Assembly (NCBI GenBank): GCA_040225955.1
Contig: JBECUL010000011.1
Coordinates: 1 to 53,393 of the forward strand
From: Candidatus Asgardarchaeum abyssi
Lineage (GTDB): Archaea; Asgardarchaeota; Asgardarchaeia; Asgardarchaeales; Asgardarchaeaceae
Length of the DNA stretch: 53,393 nt
Direction of reading: 5' to 3'
Part shown: positions 10,590 through 20,718 of the stretch, one piece after another
How positions within the stretch are numbered: the first letter of the stretch is position 1
Layout of the letters: each line of letters opens with the position of its first letter
Made by a program: the position numbers and the translations under genes
Notes under the pieces: generated by a model
The model's input: the letters and a program-made list of their open reading frames with translations, nothing else
What the model was told of the DNA's origin: nothing
Databases searched by the model: none

Positions 10590-10833
10590 GGATTACACCG
10601 CCACAGTGAAGAGTTATGAAGTTTGTTAGCGCTGTTCTACGTACTATTTTTATAGAGATATTTATTATAAAAAATTAACGAATTATTAGAATAATACTAT
10701 TTTGGTTAAGTTATGTAATAATTGGAAAACAAAAATTTTTTATTATTGTTCTGGGCTTTTTTTGAATTTAAGAGAAGAGAAAAACATTTTTTAATTAACC
10801 ATGGGGATTATAATTTTTAAGAGGTGAGTAAGG

Positions 10834-11796
10834 ATGAAAATTCCAGAGGAGATTTATCAAATAGCAAATGACATAAAAACTATGAAAATTCGCGGAGCTG
10901 GAAAAATTGCAAGAACTGCAGCACATGGATTGGCGATAGCTGCAGAAAAATGTGATATTGATAAACCTGAAGAATTTAAAGAGTATATAAAAAGCGTTGC
11001 CAGAATTCTTATTAACACGCGTCCAACGGCAGTATCTTTACCAAACGCAATAAGGTATGTAATTAAAAGATTTGCAATGAAATATGACGACTTTACAAAT
11101 GTAGAAGAAATGAAAGAGTTCATCATTAGTGCGGCTAATGAGTTTATAAGAAGATCAGAAAATGCAATAAAAAGAATTGGAGAAATCGGTGCAAGACGTA
11201 TAAATGATGGAGATATAATTATGACTCATTGCAATAGTACATCCGCGATTTCTGTAATAGTCACAGCATTTAAACAAGGCAAGAACATTCAAGTTTATGC
11301 AACTGAAACAAGACCTAGATACCAAGGGCATATTACTGCTAAAATGCTAAGTGATGCAGGGGTACCTGTTACATTAATAACGGATAATGCCGTTAGGTAT
11401 TTCATGAATGACGTTGATAAAGTTGTAGTGGGTGCGGATGCTATTGCTTCCAATGGAGCTGTTGTTAATAAGATAGGAACATCCATATTAGCTCTCGCCG
11501 CCCATGAAGCTAGAACAAGAGTTTATGTTGCAGCAGAGTCATATAAATTTTCACCACAAACAGTTGCAGGAGAATTAATCCCAATAGAGGAAAGAGATCC
11601 TTCTGAAGTTATTTCGCCAGAAAAGTTAAAAGAAATGCCAAATGTAAAAGTAAGAAATCCAGCATTTGATGTAACACCTCCAGAGTATATAGATATTATA
11701 ATTACTGAAAAAGGAGTAATACCACCACAAGCAGCAATTATAATCTTATATGAAGAATTCGGTTGGGCAGAAACGGAAGATATATTAAACTTTTAA
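10834..11796 (+). CDS. Ribose-1,5-bisphosphate isomerase (eIF-2B-like family)
   Basis: [49 protein letters not shown]; GAGGTGA SD. Confidence 0.9.
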   Translation: MKIPEEIYQIANDIKTMKIRGAGKIARTAAHGLAIAAEKCDIDKPEEFKEYIKSVARILINTRPTAVSLPNAIRYVIKRFAMKYDDFTNVEEMKEFIISAANEFIRRSENAIKRIGEIGARRINDGDIIMTHCNSTSAISVIVTAFKQGKNIQVYATETRPRYQGHITAKMLSDAGVPVTLITDNAVRYFMNDVDKVVVGADAIASNGAVVNKIGTSILALAAHEARTRVYVAAESYKFSPQTVAGELIPIEERDPSEVISPEKLKEMPNVKVRNPAFDVTPPEYIDIIITEKGVIPPQAAIIILYEEFGWAETEDILNF

Positions 11797-11837
11797 TATC
11801 ATGTCAGATAGGTCTTTAGAAAAACACTAGGTGTACA

Positions 11838-12371
11838 TTGATGGAGCTTATTCCAAAAAAGGTATTTCTAACGGCAGGAGTAGGGAGGCATCCAACTAAG
11901 CTAGGATCATTTGAAAGAGCACTGAGAGAAGCACAAATTCACCCATATAATCTAGTTCCAGTCAGTTCAATAATACCACCCAATGCAGAAATCATAAGTA
12001 AGGAGGAAGGGCTTAAATCTCTTAAACCAGGACAAATAATATTTGTAGTTCTTTCGAGGATATCGAGTGATGAAGTGGGGCGCCAAATTGTTGCGTCGAT
12101 AGGACTAGCTAAATTGAAAAACAATAACACTGCGCATGGGTATATTAGTGAATTCTCTGCTTTTGATATGCCAGTAGACATTGCTAAAAAAAATGCAGAA
12201 TACCTGGCAGCAGAAATGCTAGCAACATCTATTGGAGATCCACCTTTAGATTTTAATGATGAAAAAGTTAACTTAGATAAATTCATTATAAAAAGCACAG
12301 CAGCCAGTGCTACGATAGAAAACGGTGATGGCTGGGTTACCGCTATTGCAGCGGCAGTGCTACTCATTTAA
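11838..12371 (+). CDS. pdaD: Pyruvoyl-dependent arginine decarboxylase
   Basis: IPKKVFLTAGVG, SFERALREAQI, NLVPVSSIIPP (Ser-Ser self-cleavage site), GYISE. Confidence 0.9.
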   Translation: MMELIPKKVFLTAGVGRHPTKLGSFERALREAQIHPYNLVPVSSIIPPNAEIISKEEGLKSLKPGQIIFVVLSRISSDEVGRQIVASIGLAKLKNNNTAHGYISEFSAFDMPVDIAKKNAEYLAAEMLATSIGDPPLDFNDEKVNLDKFIIKSTAASATIENGDGWVTAIAAAVLLI

Positions 12372-12516
12372 TTTAATTCTCATTCATTTTTGTTAAACTA
12401 TTAGTAAAAAATGAATTATAAATGTTTAAGATCATTAAGCATTAAAATTCCTTTTTCATACTTGTGATTTGAGAATTTAAATAATGTAAAATTTTTAAAC
12501 CTATTTACTCTATTTC

Positions 12517-12535
12517 TGTTAGGTAGAACCTAACA
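12517..12535. promoter_or_regulatory. Palindromic operator, probably for the DtxR-family regulator of the metal ABC operon
   Basis: Perfect TGTTAGGT-AGA-ACCTAACA, downstream of a TTTTTAAA TATA-like box (~12492) and 19 nt before the ATG. Confidence 0.75.
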
Positions 12536-12554
12536 AATAAAATCAGGGACCTAT

Positions 12555-13607
12555 ATGAAAAAGTCAGTAATAATTATAATACTACTAGTGCTTACACTCA
12601 TAATTCCACATGCTCCAGAGGTTAGAGGATATAGCAATATTTACCAAAAGACATACTATGATAACAATATACCATATATTGTAGTTTCTATACCATCATT
12701 AGCCATGATAGCGAAGCACATTACGGGAAATACTAGTATTATTGATACAATATTACCTGAGGGTGTAGATCCGCATAGTTACTCATTAACCGTAGAAGAT
12801 GTCGAAAAAATAAATAAAGCCGATCTCTTGATATTAGCAGACATCGAACATCTAACACTAGAAGCTCAAATCTTAGAAAATTCTGAAAATAAAATATTTC
12901 TTGATTTTAAAAACTATACAGCTTATGGAGCATATATGATAGATATTCCAGGCTTTAAACACAATTTTCATGGATATTGGATATACCCAGATAATGCTTT
13001 AGCCATCGCAGAAGCAATACATGATACACTATCTTCTATGTTTCCTCAACTTAAAGAACACTATGATGAAAATCTTAATGTTTTTAAGGAGAGGATTAGC
13101 GAGCTTAAAATGGAGTTTAGAGCAGTCTCAGAAAAATATGGATTGAATAATACAGGTGTAGCAATTGCAGTGCCAGGTGTAGCATACATTGCTAAGATGT
13201 TTGGTTTTGAAATAAAGGCTTTATTTATCAAAGGTCCAGGTAGATTTATTAATGCAACAGAAATTGCAAAAATTGAAAATGATATAAGAAGTGGAAAAAT
13301 AAAATATATAGTATGTGAGTCTATTTTAAAGGACGCAAAAGCTGGTGAACTTTCTGAACAGATAGCAGAAGACACAGGCATACAGGTTATATATGTCAGT
13401 ATATTCTCATTAAGAATCTTGAAGGATTATTTTTCGCTAATGACTTATAATATCGCTGCTGTTGAAAGTGTTGTTTCTCACCAGGAAGGGGGGAAAGACC
13501 AGCAACTTCAACTTTTTTCAATGTATATAGTAGTTAGTATCTTAGCAATAATTAGTTTTATTGAAGGATTTATAATTTTCAGAATGAGAAAGAGTATTGA
13601 GGAGTGA
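12555..13607 (+). CDS. Zn/Mn ABC transporter substrate-binding protein (TroA/ZnuA family), C-terminally membrane anchored
   Basis: Signal peptide, LPEGVDPHSY, ADLLI, HGYWIYP, C-terminal hydrophobic helix. Confidence 0.88.
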   Translation: MKKSVIIIILLVLTLIIPHAPEVRGYSNIYQKTYYDNNIPYIVVSIPSLAMIAKHITGNTSIIDTILPEGVDPHSYSLTVEDVEKINKADLLILADIEHLTLEAQILENSENKIFLDFKNYTAYGAYMIDIPGFKHNFHGYWIYPDNALAIAEAIHDTLSSMFPQLKEHYDENLNVFKERISELKMEFRAVSEKYGLNNTGVAIAVPGVAYIAKMFGFEIKALFIKGPGRFINATEIAKIENDIRSGKIKYIVCESILKDAKAGELSEQIAEDTGIQVIYVSIFSLRILKDYFSLMTYNIAAVESVVSHQEGGKDQQLQLFSMYIVVSILAIISFIEGFIIFRMRKSIEE

Positions 13608-13614
13608 TAAATGA

Positions 13615-14073
13615 ATGGAACAGATACCACGTATAACTCCTAAGGAAGCACAATATCTTATTGAAATATACAGAGAGTTTATTGAAAAAGAAAATAATGA
13701 TAAGTCGTATTACTTTGGGCCTACAAAATTAAGTAAAAAGTTCAATGTAAGCAAAGTTACTGCATATGAAATCATTAAAAAATTAGTGATATTGGGATTA
13801 TTAGAAAAAGCAAATAGAGCTGGTTATAAGCTTTCAACATATGGAGTTGCAGTTGCTAAAAAATTAATTAGACGACATAGGATTCTTGAAACCTTCTTTG
13901 TAGAAACGATAAAGGAAAATCCAGATAGAATTTGTGCTCGAATATTTGGTCTTGAGATATATTTCGATGATGATATAATAGATAAAATGTGTAATTATCT
14001 TAATCATCCCCGAGAATGCCCTCACGGCAAAAAAATACCCCGGAAGAAAGAATGTTGTGAAAAAATGTTATAG
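13615..14073 (+). CDS. DtxR/MntR-family metal-dependent transcriptional regulator
   Basis: YLIEIY, HTH, RRHRILETFF, CPHGKKIP. Confidence 0.88.
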   Translation: MEQIPRITPKEAQYLIEIYREFIEKENNDKSYYFGPTKLSKKFNVSKVTAYEIIKKLVILGLLEKANRAGYKLSTYGVAVAKKLIRRHRILETFFVETIKENPDRICARIFGLEIYFDDDIIDKMCNYLNHPRECPHGKKIPRKKECCEKML

Positions 14074-14087
14074 GTGGTGCATTAAAT

Positions 14088-14867
14088 ATGTATTCACTTG
14101 AAATAGAGAATGCAACAGTAGTTTTAGACGGAAAAGAGATACTCAGTAATATTTCTTTCAAACTTGAACATCCATCAATTCTAACAGTTATTGGGCCTAA
14201 CGGAGCTGGGAAAACAACACTGCTTAGAGCTATTTTAGGACTCGTAGAACTTAAGGAAGGAAATATTAAGGTATTAGGGATTAATGTAAAGAAAGAGAAA
14301 GAGAAAGTAAGAAAAGTAGTGGGTTATGTTCCACAAAGAGAACATATTTCCATGACAATGCCTATTAGAGTTAAGGATGTAGTTCTCATGGCAAGAATGT
14401 CACGAAAAGGGGTATTATCAATTCCATCAAAAAAAGATATTAAAGCTGCGAAAGAAGCATTAAAGCTCGTAGGTCTTGAAGATCTGTGGAATGAAAGATT
14501 TTCAACTCTTTCTGGTGGGCAACAACAAAGAGTCATGGTAGCAAGAGCTCTAGCTGTTGAACCTCAAATGCTACTATTAGATGAACCTTTTTCGGCTACA
14601 GACATACCTACGCAAAGAAATCTAATCAACTTACTTTATAATTTAAGAATGCAAAGAAACGTAACTATAATTCTTGTGGCACACAACGTTAATCCATTAC
14701 TTGAGTGCTCTGATAAAGTATTATTATTGAATAGAAGAGTTATTGGTTTTGGAACACCAGCAGACATTATGAGAGAGGATTTACTTAGGAAGCTGTATGG
14801 TACTAAGGTTACTCTTGTGAAAACTGAAAAAGTTTGCTACCTTTTGGAGAGTGATCGACATGCTTGA
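14088..14867 (+). CDS. Zn/Mn ABC transporter ATP-binding protein (ZnuC-like)
   Basis: GPNGAGKTT, GYVPQR, LSGGQQQR, LLLDEPF. Confidence 0.92.
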   Translation: MYSLEIENATVVLDGKEILSNISFKLEHPSILTVIGPNGAGKTTLLRAILGLVELKEGNIKVLGINVKKEKEKVRKVVGYVPQREHISMTMPIRVKDVVLMARMSRKGVLSIPSKKDIKAAKEALKLVGLEDLWNERFSTLSGGQQQRVMVARALAVEPQMLLLDEPFSATDIPTQRNLINLLYNLRMQRNVTIILVAHNVNPLLECSDKVLLLNRRVIGFGTPADIMREDLLRKLYGTKVTLVKTEKVCYLLESDRHA

Positions 14868-15687
14868 TATTTTGTTATCACCTGTCTTCATTAGAGCATT
14901 GGTTGCAATAGTTTTAGTCTCAATAGTATCTGCCTTAGCAGGTAGTTTTTCGGTGTTTAAAAAGAGCACATTTATGATCGCAGGAGTCGCTCATGCAGCA
15001 TTAGGTGGTGCAGCTTTTGGTATATTAATGACTCTTTATGGAATTTTTCCATTTTTTAGCCCATTATTAGGTGCAGTAATATTTGCTGTATTTATGGCTC
15101 TTTTCATAGGGTATATAACGTTAGGCGAGAATGAGGAAGAAACTGATATAGCAATAGGTGTATCATTTGCATTCTCCATGAGTATAGCTATAATTTTTAT
15201 TTCAATGATTAAAGAGTATGCAGTAGTTGCATGGGGTTTGATAATTGGGGATCTGTTGCTTCTCACAAATCAAGACATTTTATATTTATTGATAATGTCA
15301 ATTATTGCTGTGCTTATTGTATTCATTTTCTTTAGAGAGTTCATATTCATATCCTTTGATCCAGAGGGAGCTGCTGCTTACGGATTAAAAGTGTCTCTTT
15401 ATCAGATTTTGTTATTGGTGCTTATATCAATATCTGTAGTAGTTGTTCTGAAAGGCGTTGGGGCGATTCTAGTATATGCTCTATTAACAATTCCTCCAGC
15501 TGCAGCAAATGAGTTTTCGAAAAGTGCATATGAAGTAATCTTATGGGCATTTTTAATATCTCTAATTGGAGGAATAATCGGGGTTTTTATCTGTTTATTT
15601 ATAAATGTAGCACCCAGTGGTATAGCGGGCCTAGTAGTGACCACTATTTATTTAATAGTTATTGGATATAAGAGAATAAAAGAGTAG
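14860..15687 (+). CDS. Zn/Mn ABC transporter permease (ZnuB-like)
   Basis: AHAALGG, GDLL, SFDPEGA, GVGAILVYALLTIPPAAA; multiple TM helices. Confidence 0.92.
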   Translation: MLDILLSPVFIRALVAIVLVSIVSALAGSFSVFKKSTFMIAGVAHAALGGAAFGILMTLYGIFPFFSPLLGAVIFAVFMALFIGYITLGENEEETDIAIGVSFAFSMSIAIIFISMIKEYAVVAWGLIIGDLLLLTNQDILYLLIMSIIAVLIVFIFFREFIFISFDPEGAAAYGLKVSLYQILLLVLISISVVVVLKGVGAILVYALLTIPPAAANEFSKSAYEVILWAFLISLIGGIIGVFICLFINVAPSGIAGLVVTTIYLIVIGYKRIKE

Positions 15688-15747
15688 TTCAAAAAACTTA
15701 TTTATGTCTCACGTGTAAGTTTTGCAGTACATTCGTGGGTGTCGTTA

Positions 15748-16410
15748 ATGGTTTCAAAAGAAGTTGCTGAAGTTGTAAACAAATATATTAATGAAGTTAA
15801 AAAATATTTTAAGAGCATACCTGCTGATGTGGCGGAATCTGCAGAGAAAAGACTCAGAGCAGATATCATAGCAAAGATCAAAGAAAAGAAGAAGAAAAAA
15901 GAGAAAAACATAACAGTTGAGGACGCAGAGGAAATTATAAAAATCTTTGGAGAACCATATAGAGTTGCGCTCATTTATATGGCTATTTTTAATTATGTTC
16001 CAAAGGTACCAGCGTGGATTGTAACGATGGAAGTTATGGCTGGGTTTATGGTATCATTAATCCCCTCTTTATACACCTTTCCATTAGGGTTTTATCTTTT
16101 AATGGTTGCATTATTTTCAATTTCAAGATATAGATGGGCAGTTGAGCTTCAAAAAATAACTATAATTATAACACTAATCATTTATTCAGTAATGGTATTT
16201 TTATCATCATACGCTCTTCTATCGATGATTATTACTTCAACAATGTTTTACTTAAATTTTGGAGATCCACTAGCATATGTTATAATTGCATTACCAATAA
16301 CAATCGCTGTACTATTAACGTATTTAATTTGGAGATACATTCCAGTAGTAATAAAGATAATGCCACTTATTCCTCCATCTTTAAAATATCGTCAATTTAA
16401 AAGAAAATGA
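15748..16410 (+). CDS. Membrane protein with N-terminal HAAS/DUF1700-like domain
   Basis: KYINEVKKYF..IP..RLRADI..EEIIKIFGEPYRVA pattern followed by about 4 TM helices. Confidence 0.55.
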   Translation: MVSKEVAEVVNKYINEVKKYFKSIPADVAESAEKRLRADIIAKIKEKKKKKEKNITVEDAEEIIKIFGEPYRVALIYMAIFNYVPKVPAWIVTMEVMAGFMVSLIPSLYTFPLGFYLLMVALFSISRYRWAVELQKITIIITLIIYSVMVFLSSYALLSMIITSTMFYLNFGDPLAYVIIALPITIAVLLTYLIWRYIPVVIKIMPLIPPSLKYRQFKRK

Positions 16411-16414
16411 TCTT

Positions 16415-17032
16415 CTAATTTATATTTTTATTTTTTGACATTCGAATGCCCTCTCTAAATGCTTGTTTATTAAGCTCAACATACTTAGCCTTTAGTGATT
16501 CTTCAATCGCCGATAGAATTGCCTTTTCTGATAATGGTAAAAGTCCTAACCCGTATGAATATCCTAATAGAATAGTATTAGCAAGCATAGGATTTCCTAG
16601 TTTTTTAGCGACTTTTTCAGTATCTACGATGCAAACATTATCTAAATACGATTTAAGAAATCTGATGAGTTCTTCTTTTGAAGGACACTTCTCAATACCA
16701 AGATTTGCATAGACGGGAGGAATTAACTTATTGTCAATTACTGCATTTGTGTGTTTATTGCACCACTTTAATGCTCTAACGGATTCACATATTTCAAGAC
16801 CTAGCAATAAGTTTGTTTTCTTGTCTGGAATTAGTGGAGCATAAACATTACTTCCAAATCGAATATATGATTGAACAATTCCAAATCTTTGTGACATTCC
16901 AAAAGTTTCACCAATTACTACTTTTAATCCATCTTTTATAGCAGCACGTCCAATTATCCTTGAAAGTGTAGCTCCACCTTGACCTCCAACACTCGCTATG
17001 AGTAAATTGAATTCAGATATTTTATTCTCCAT
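16415..17032 (-). CDS. iorB: Indolepyruvate:ferredoxin oxidoreductase beta subunit
   Basis: SVGGQGG, GETFGMSQRFG, ANTILLG, NKQAFREG. Confidence 0.92.
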   Translation of the reverse strand: MENKISEFNLLIASVGGQGGATLSRIIGRAAIKDGLKVVIGETFGMSQRFGIVQSYIRFGSNVYAPLIPDKKTNLLLGLEICESVRALKWCNKHTNAVIDNKLIPPVYANLGIEKCPSKEELIRFLKSYLDNVCIVDTEKVAKKLGNPMLANTILLGYSYGLGLLPLSEKAILSAIEESLKAKYVELNKQAFREGIRMSKNKNIN

Positions 17033-17036
17033 ATAA

Positions 17037-18899
17037 TTACACCCTCCTTTTTATTGCACCTGTTGGACAATATTTGGCGCAAAGCCCACAACCAACACAT
17101 GAATATTCATCAATTGTTACAGTACCAGAATGAGAAAATAGACTTGGACATCCAGTCGATAAAATACACGCTTTACAGTTAGTACAAAGAGATGGATCAA
17201 TATAGTATGGATTCTCAGTTAATCCTTGCCTTTTAGCAACTAAAGCACACCGTCTTCTGAGAATTACCACAGCAGGACCTTCAAATAATATGACCTCCTT
17301 GATTGCTTTAACTGATTCCTCGAGATTATAGGGATCTACAACTTTAACAAAATCAACACCTATCCCTTTGACAATATCTTCGATCTTAATTTGTTTCCCG
17401 GCTCTTTCTCTTGGAAGCAGTCTAGTACCTGGATGTGGTTGGTGCCCTGTCATAGCAGTAGTTTCATTATCGAGAATAAGTACCTTAACAGGAATATTAT
17501 TATGAACAGCGTCAATTAATGGCTGTATTCCATTATGAAAGAACGTGGAATCCCCTATAGTTGCAATTACTGGAGCTTCTATACCTGCGATTTTCAGACC
17601 CATTGCTAACGATATGCTAGCGCCCATCTCATGCTCTGTCCATATAGCTTCTAATGGTTTCTCGAAGCTAAGAGCATAGCATCCGATATCGCCCATTATA
17701 GGAACATCTTTTATTTTATATCCTAATTCTTTTAATGCTCTCTTTAAAGCAATATAACTATGTCTATGAGGACATCCTGGACATAGCGGTGGAGGCCTTG
17801 AGGGCATTGTGACTTTAAATTCTTTTTCGGCCATTTTCTCAAAATTTAAGACTTTCCCAAATACCTTTCTTATTGCATCAGCAATAAGCTTGTGAGACAA
17901 TTCACCCTCTTTGGGAAGAACTTTATCAAATTTCCCAAAAACTTCTACGTTATATAGTTTATTGATTTGAAGGACTAAGCGTATTTCTCTTTCGAGTATA
18001 GGTTCTAATTCCTCAACAACCAATATCTTCTTAACATTATTTCTCTTAATTACATCTAAAAATAGCTTTTTAGGAAATGGATGTATAGTCGATATTTTAA
18101 GAATTGATATTTCAGATACTTTTGATAACATATCTTTAACATAATTATATCCTGTTCCTGTTGCAACTATCAGATACTTACTATTCCCCTCAAGCAGATT
18201 ATATGAACAATTATAAAATTCATTATCAGCTATCTTCTCCATTAGTTTATTCAAAACTTTATGTCTCTCTAAATTTGCTGACATATACGCACGAATGTAT
18301 CTATGAGGATCCTTTTCGAATTTAGGCTCTACTTCTATTTTCTTAATTTCACCAATAGTTACGTTCGCTGATGTATGATTAAGCCGGGTAGTTGTTCTTA
18401 GAAGTACTGGAATTTGATATTTTTCAGATAATTCAAAAGCCCATTTTGTAATTTCTAATGCCTCTTGGGGAGTAGATGGCTCAAGCAGAGGCAAGATAGA
18501 GATATATGAATAGTACCTACTATCTTGCTCAGTTTGAGTTGTGTGTGGGCCAGGATCGTCAGCAACTAAGATTACCATACCTCCATTAACACCACTATAA
18601 GCAACCGACATTAAGGCATCCGCTGCTACATTAATTCCAGGACCCTTCATTGTAACTATGCTTCTTACTCCAGCAAATGAGGCCCCAGTAGCTACCTCTA
18701 AAGCAACTTTTTCATTTGGAGCCCAATCTATAAAGACATCATAGTTATACTCTTTTGATAATTTTTCTATAGTTTCAATAACCTCGGTGGATGGTGTTCC
18801 TGGGTAGCCAACAGCAACTCTTACTCCCGATTCAAGAGCACCATGGGCAATAGCTTCATTACCCATCATTAAATAAGTCTTATATGGGATTAATCTCAT
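17037..18899 (-). CDS. iorA: Indolepyruvate:ferredoxin oxidoreductase alpha subunit
   Basis: MGNEAIAHGA, GYPGTPSTE, RPPPLCPGCPH, GDIGCY, IGDSTFFH, TAMTGHQ, C-terminal 2x[4Fe-4S]. Confidence 0.95.
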   Translation of the reverse strand: MRLIPYKTYLMMGNEAIAHGALESGVRVAVGYPGTPSTEVIETIEKLSKEYNYDVFIDWAPNEKVALEVATGASFAGVRSIVTMKGPGINVAADALMSVAYSGVNGGMVILVADDPGPHTTQTEQDSRYYSYISILPLLEPSTPQEALEITKWAFELSEKYQIPVLLRTTTRLNHTSANVTIGEIKKIEVEPKFEKDPHRYIRAYMSANLERHKVLNKLMEKIADNEFYNCSYNLLEGNSKYLIVATGTGYNYVKDMLSKVSEISILKISTIHPFPKKLFLDVIKRNNVKKILVVEELEPILEREIRLVLQINKLYNVEVFGKFDKVLPKEGELSHKLIADAIRKVFGKVLNFEKMAEKEFKVTMPSRPPPLCPGCPHRHSYIALKRALKELGYKIKDVPIMGDIGCYALSFEKPLEAIWTEHEMGASISLAMGLKIAGIEAPVIATIGDSTFFHNGIQPLIDAVHNNIPVKVLILDNETTAMTGHQPHPGTRLLPRERAGKQIKIEDIVKGIGVDFVKVVDPYNLEESVKAIKEVILFEGPAVVILRRRCALVAKRQGLTENPYYIDPSLCTNCKACILSTGCPSLFSHSGTVTIDEYSCVGCGLCAKYCPTGAIKRRV

Positions 18900-19181
18900 C
18901 GGATCACCTCACTCATTAAAAGCTTCTTAAGAAACACTCTTAATTAAAAGCATATTTCATATAGCCTTTGAGTTCAAACGAAAACATACGCTAACTATTT
19001 TGCAGAAATTTATGATAACATAACAAAGCTATTTAGAGCTACATCATCAAATTTTCCTATTAATCAAAGCATCCTTTTTTATTTATGCAAAAGATATTTA
19101 TAATAGTTGGGTAAGAGACCGATCCTTTTCCTTATTTCTACATTCTTAGAAAAAGAGTTGCATTAACAATCATAATAGTTT

Positions 19182-19739
19182 TTATTTGGTGTTCTCATTT
19201 CTTACTTTAAGCGTATCACTTTGCCAATTTTGATAAGCATAAAAGGTTTTATCAAAAGACCTTATCTGATCGAAATCATATAGATAGTCTACATGATATA
19301 CATCACCCACTGCTGTAACTCTATAGGGGTATAGATTGACCTCCTCCCCGCACTTTAGTGCGGGGAATCCTAAGATTCCTCGGCGGGGAGGTTCGACCAT
19401 CCTCCACCGAGAAAAATCCCAGTAGAGTGGCCTGGGCCGGGCCATCGGCCCGTTAGGGCTATCCCGCAGAAACGCGGGATTCACCCGTATTGGTGCTCTC
19501 CTATGTGCGATATTAAAGGCGGCCAGAGAATAAAATCTTGCGCTGTATTGATAATTTTTCTTAATGCTTGACTTAAATGTTACCAGATTTCTCTCATGAC
19601 CACTAAGATAACTTTGTGTAGGAAATGTATTTGTCATTACCTCTTTTAAGAAAACATTCTTCATAGTGATTGGGTAAAATATTGTTAGAATAGAGAATGT
19701 TATTGTTGCTATTAGAAAAACAACACTTGATATTAGCAA
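19182..19739 (-). pseudogene. Membrane-anchored or secreted hypothetical ORF carrying an inserted IS200/IS605 fragment; likely disrupted
   Basis: TTG start after GAGGGG; N-terminal hydrophobic helix; AT-rich flanks around a GC-rich insert at ~19336-19525. Confidence 0.45.
19336..19525 (-). mobile_element. IS200/IS605 remnant: tnpB 3' end plus omegaRNA (reRNA) scaffold and right end
   Basis: Translates AAFNIAHR..RDSPNGPMARP, like the TnpB C-terminal AAxNI motif and archaeal RDRGNG..ARP tail. Hairpins ATCCCGC/GCGGGAT, GGGCC/GGCCC and GGAATC/GATTCC; subterminal 10-bp hairpin TCCCCGCACT-AA-AGTGCGGGGA followed by GGAGGTCAA. Confidence 0.8.
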
Positions 19740-19933
19740 GTATTAATCCCCTCATAGGACACTCTCTTAAATATTTTTTACTTTTAAATAATGAAATAGA
19801 TAGAAAAAATAATATTCATTCATTATTAGTCAATTTTTATCAAATGATAATATACCATATTAAGGCTATATATATCTTTATTTCTTTTTTCGAGACGCAA
19901 AAGAGCGCATAGATTACGGCAAAATCTCTGTTG

Positions 19934-20641
19934 TTAAGCAAAAGCTTTTTTTATTTCTTCCTCTATTTTCTTTCGCTCTTCTAAAAGACGAGCCATATCT
20001 ATAGGAGACAGCATGTGATAATTTTTATATTTTTCAAGAACCTTTAGAATTCTTTTTTCTATATCAAAACGCTCTAACGCTCTAGCCTCTCTTATAAATG
20101 CTCCTAAGTCTGTATAGATAGTGAATATTTTCTCACGATCTTTAACTCTCAAATAAATCAGCCGTTTATCTTTTTCAGTAATTTTTGCTATCTTCTCAAA
20201 AATCTCCTTCCCGAATATGATAATTCCTCCCTGTAAATGCCTAATTATAGTATCGTCCCTTAGATGAATTGATCTGATTGGTGCGCCCTCCCCAGTATAG
20301 TATAGTTCTAATGTATAAACTTTGATATCCAGAAACTGAAGTAATATTTCTTCAACATGAGAACCTGGAAACTCTGGTTTTTGTAATAATTTGTATAACT
20401 TGTTCAATTCATCTAAACTTGGATAACCGTCAACAATTACTAATACATCGTAATCAGACGCTATAAGGATTGACTTGAAAATTAGCAGAAAATAATATCC
20501 GTCACCAATAGATCCAGAAAGTTTCATAGCCTTAACCCAAGGGAACCTTTCCTTGATAATAGGAACTTTTTTTAATAGACGCTTATACGCAATCTCTTGA
20601 AATACGTTTTCAAGCTTTTCATTACTATCATTTCCGCTCAC
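19934..20641 (-). CDS. Pol-beta-superfamily nucleotidyltransferase domain protein
   Basis: LSGSIGDG..SDYDVLVIV..LDIKV (GS, DxD, third D); helical C-terminus. Confidence 0.65.
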   Translation of the reverse strand: MSGNDSNEKLENVFQEIAYKRLLKKVPIIKERFPWVKAMKLSGSIGDGYYFLLIFKSILIASDYDVLVIVDGYPSLDELNKLYKLLQKPEFPGSHVEEILLQFLDIKVYTLELYYTGEGAPIRSIHLRDDTIIRHLQGGIIIFGKEIFEKIAKITEKDKRLIYLRVKDREKIFTIYTDLGAFIREARALERFDIEKRILKVLEKYKNYHMLSPIDMARLLEERKKIEEEIKKAFA

Positions 20642-20718
20642 AACTCAAACCTCCCAAAATAAGCCTTATAAACATTTTAAGAGAACATTAGGGAATATTA
20701 AGCGTAATGACAAGAAAT

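Noticed and set aside
19336-19525. GC-rich structured island as a tRNA or SRP/RNase P RNA (contains GGTTCGA)
   Set aside because: No cloverleaf or acceptor stem can be built; the TnpB C-terminal translation and IS605 right-end hairpin explain it better
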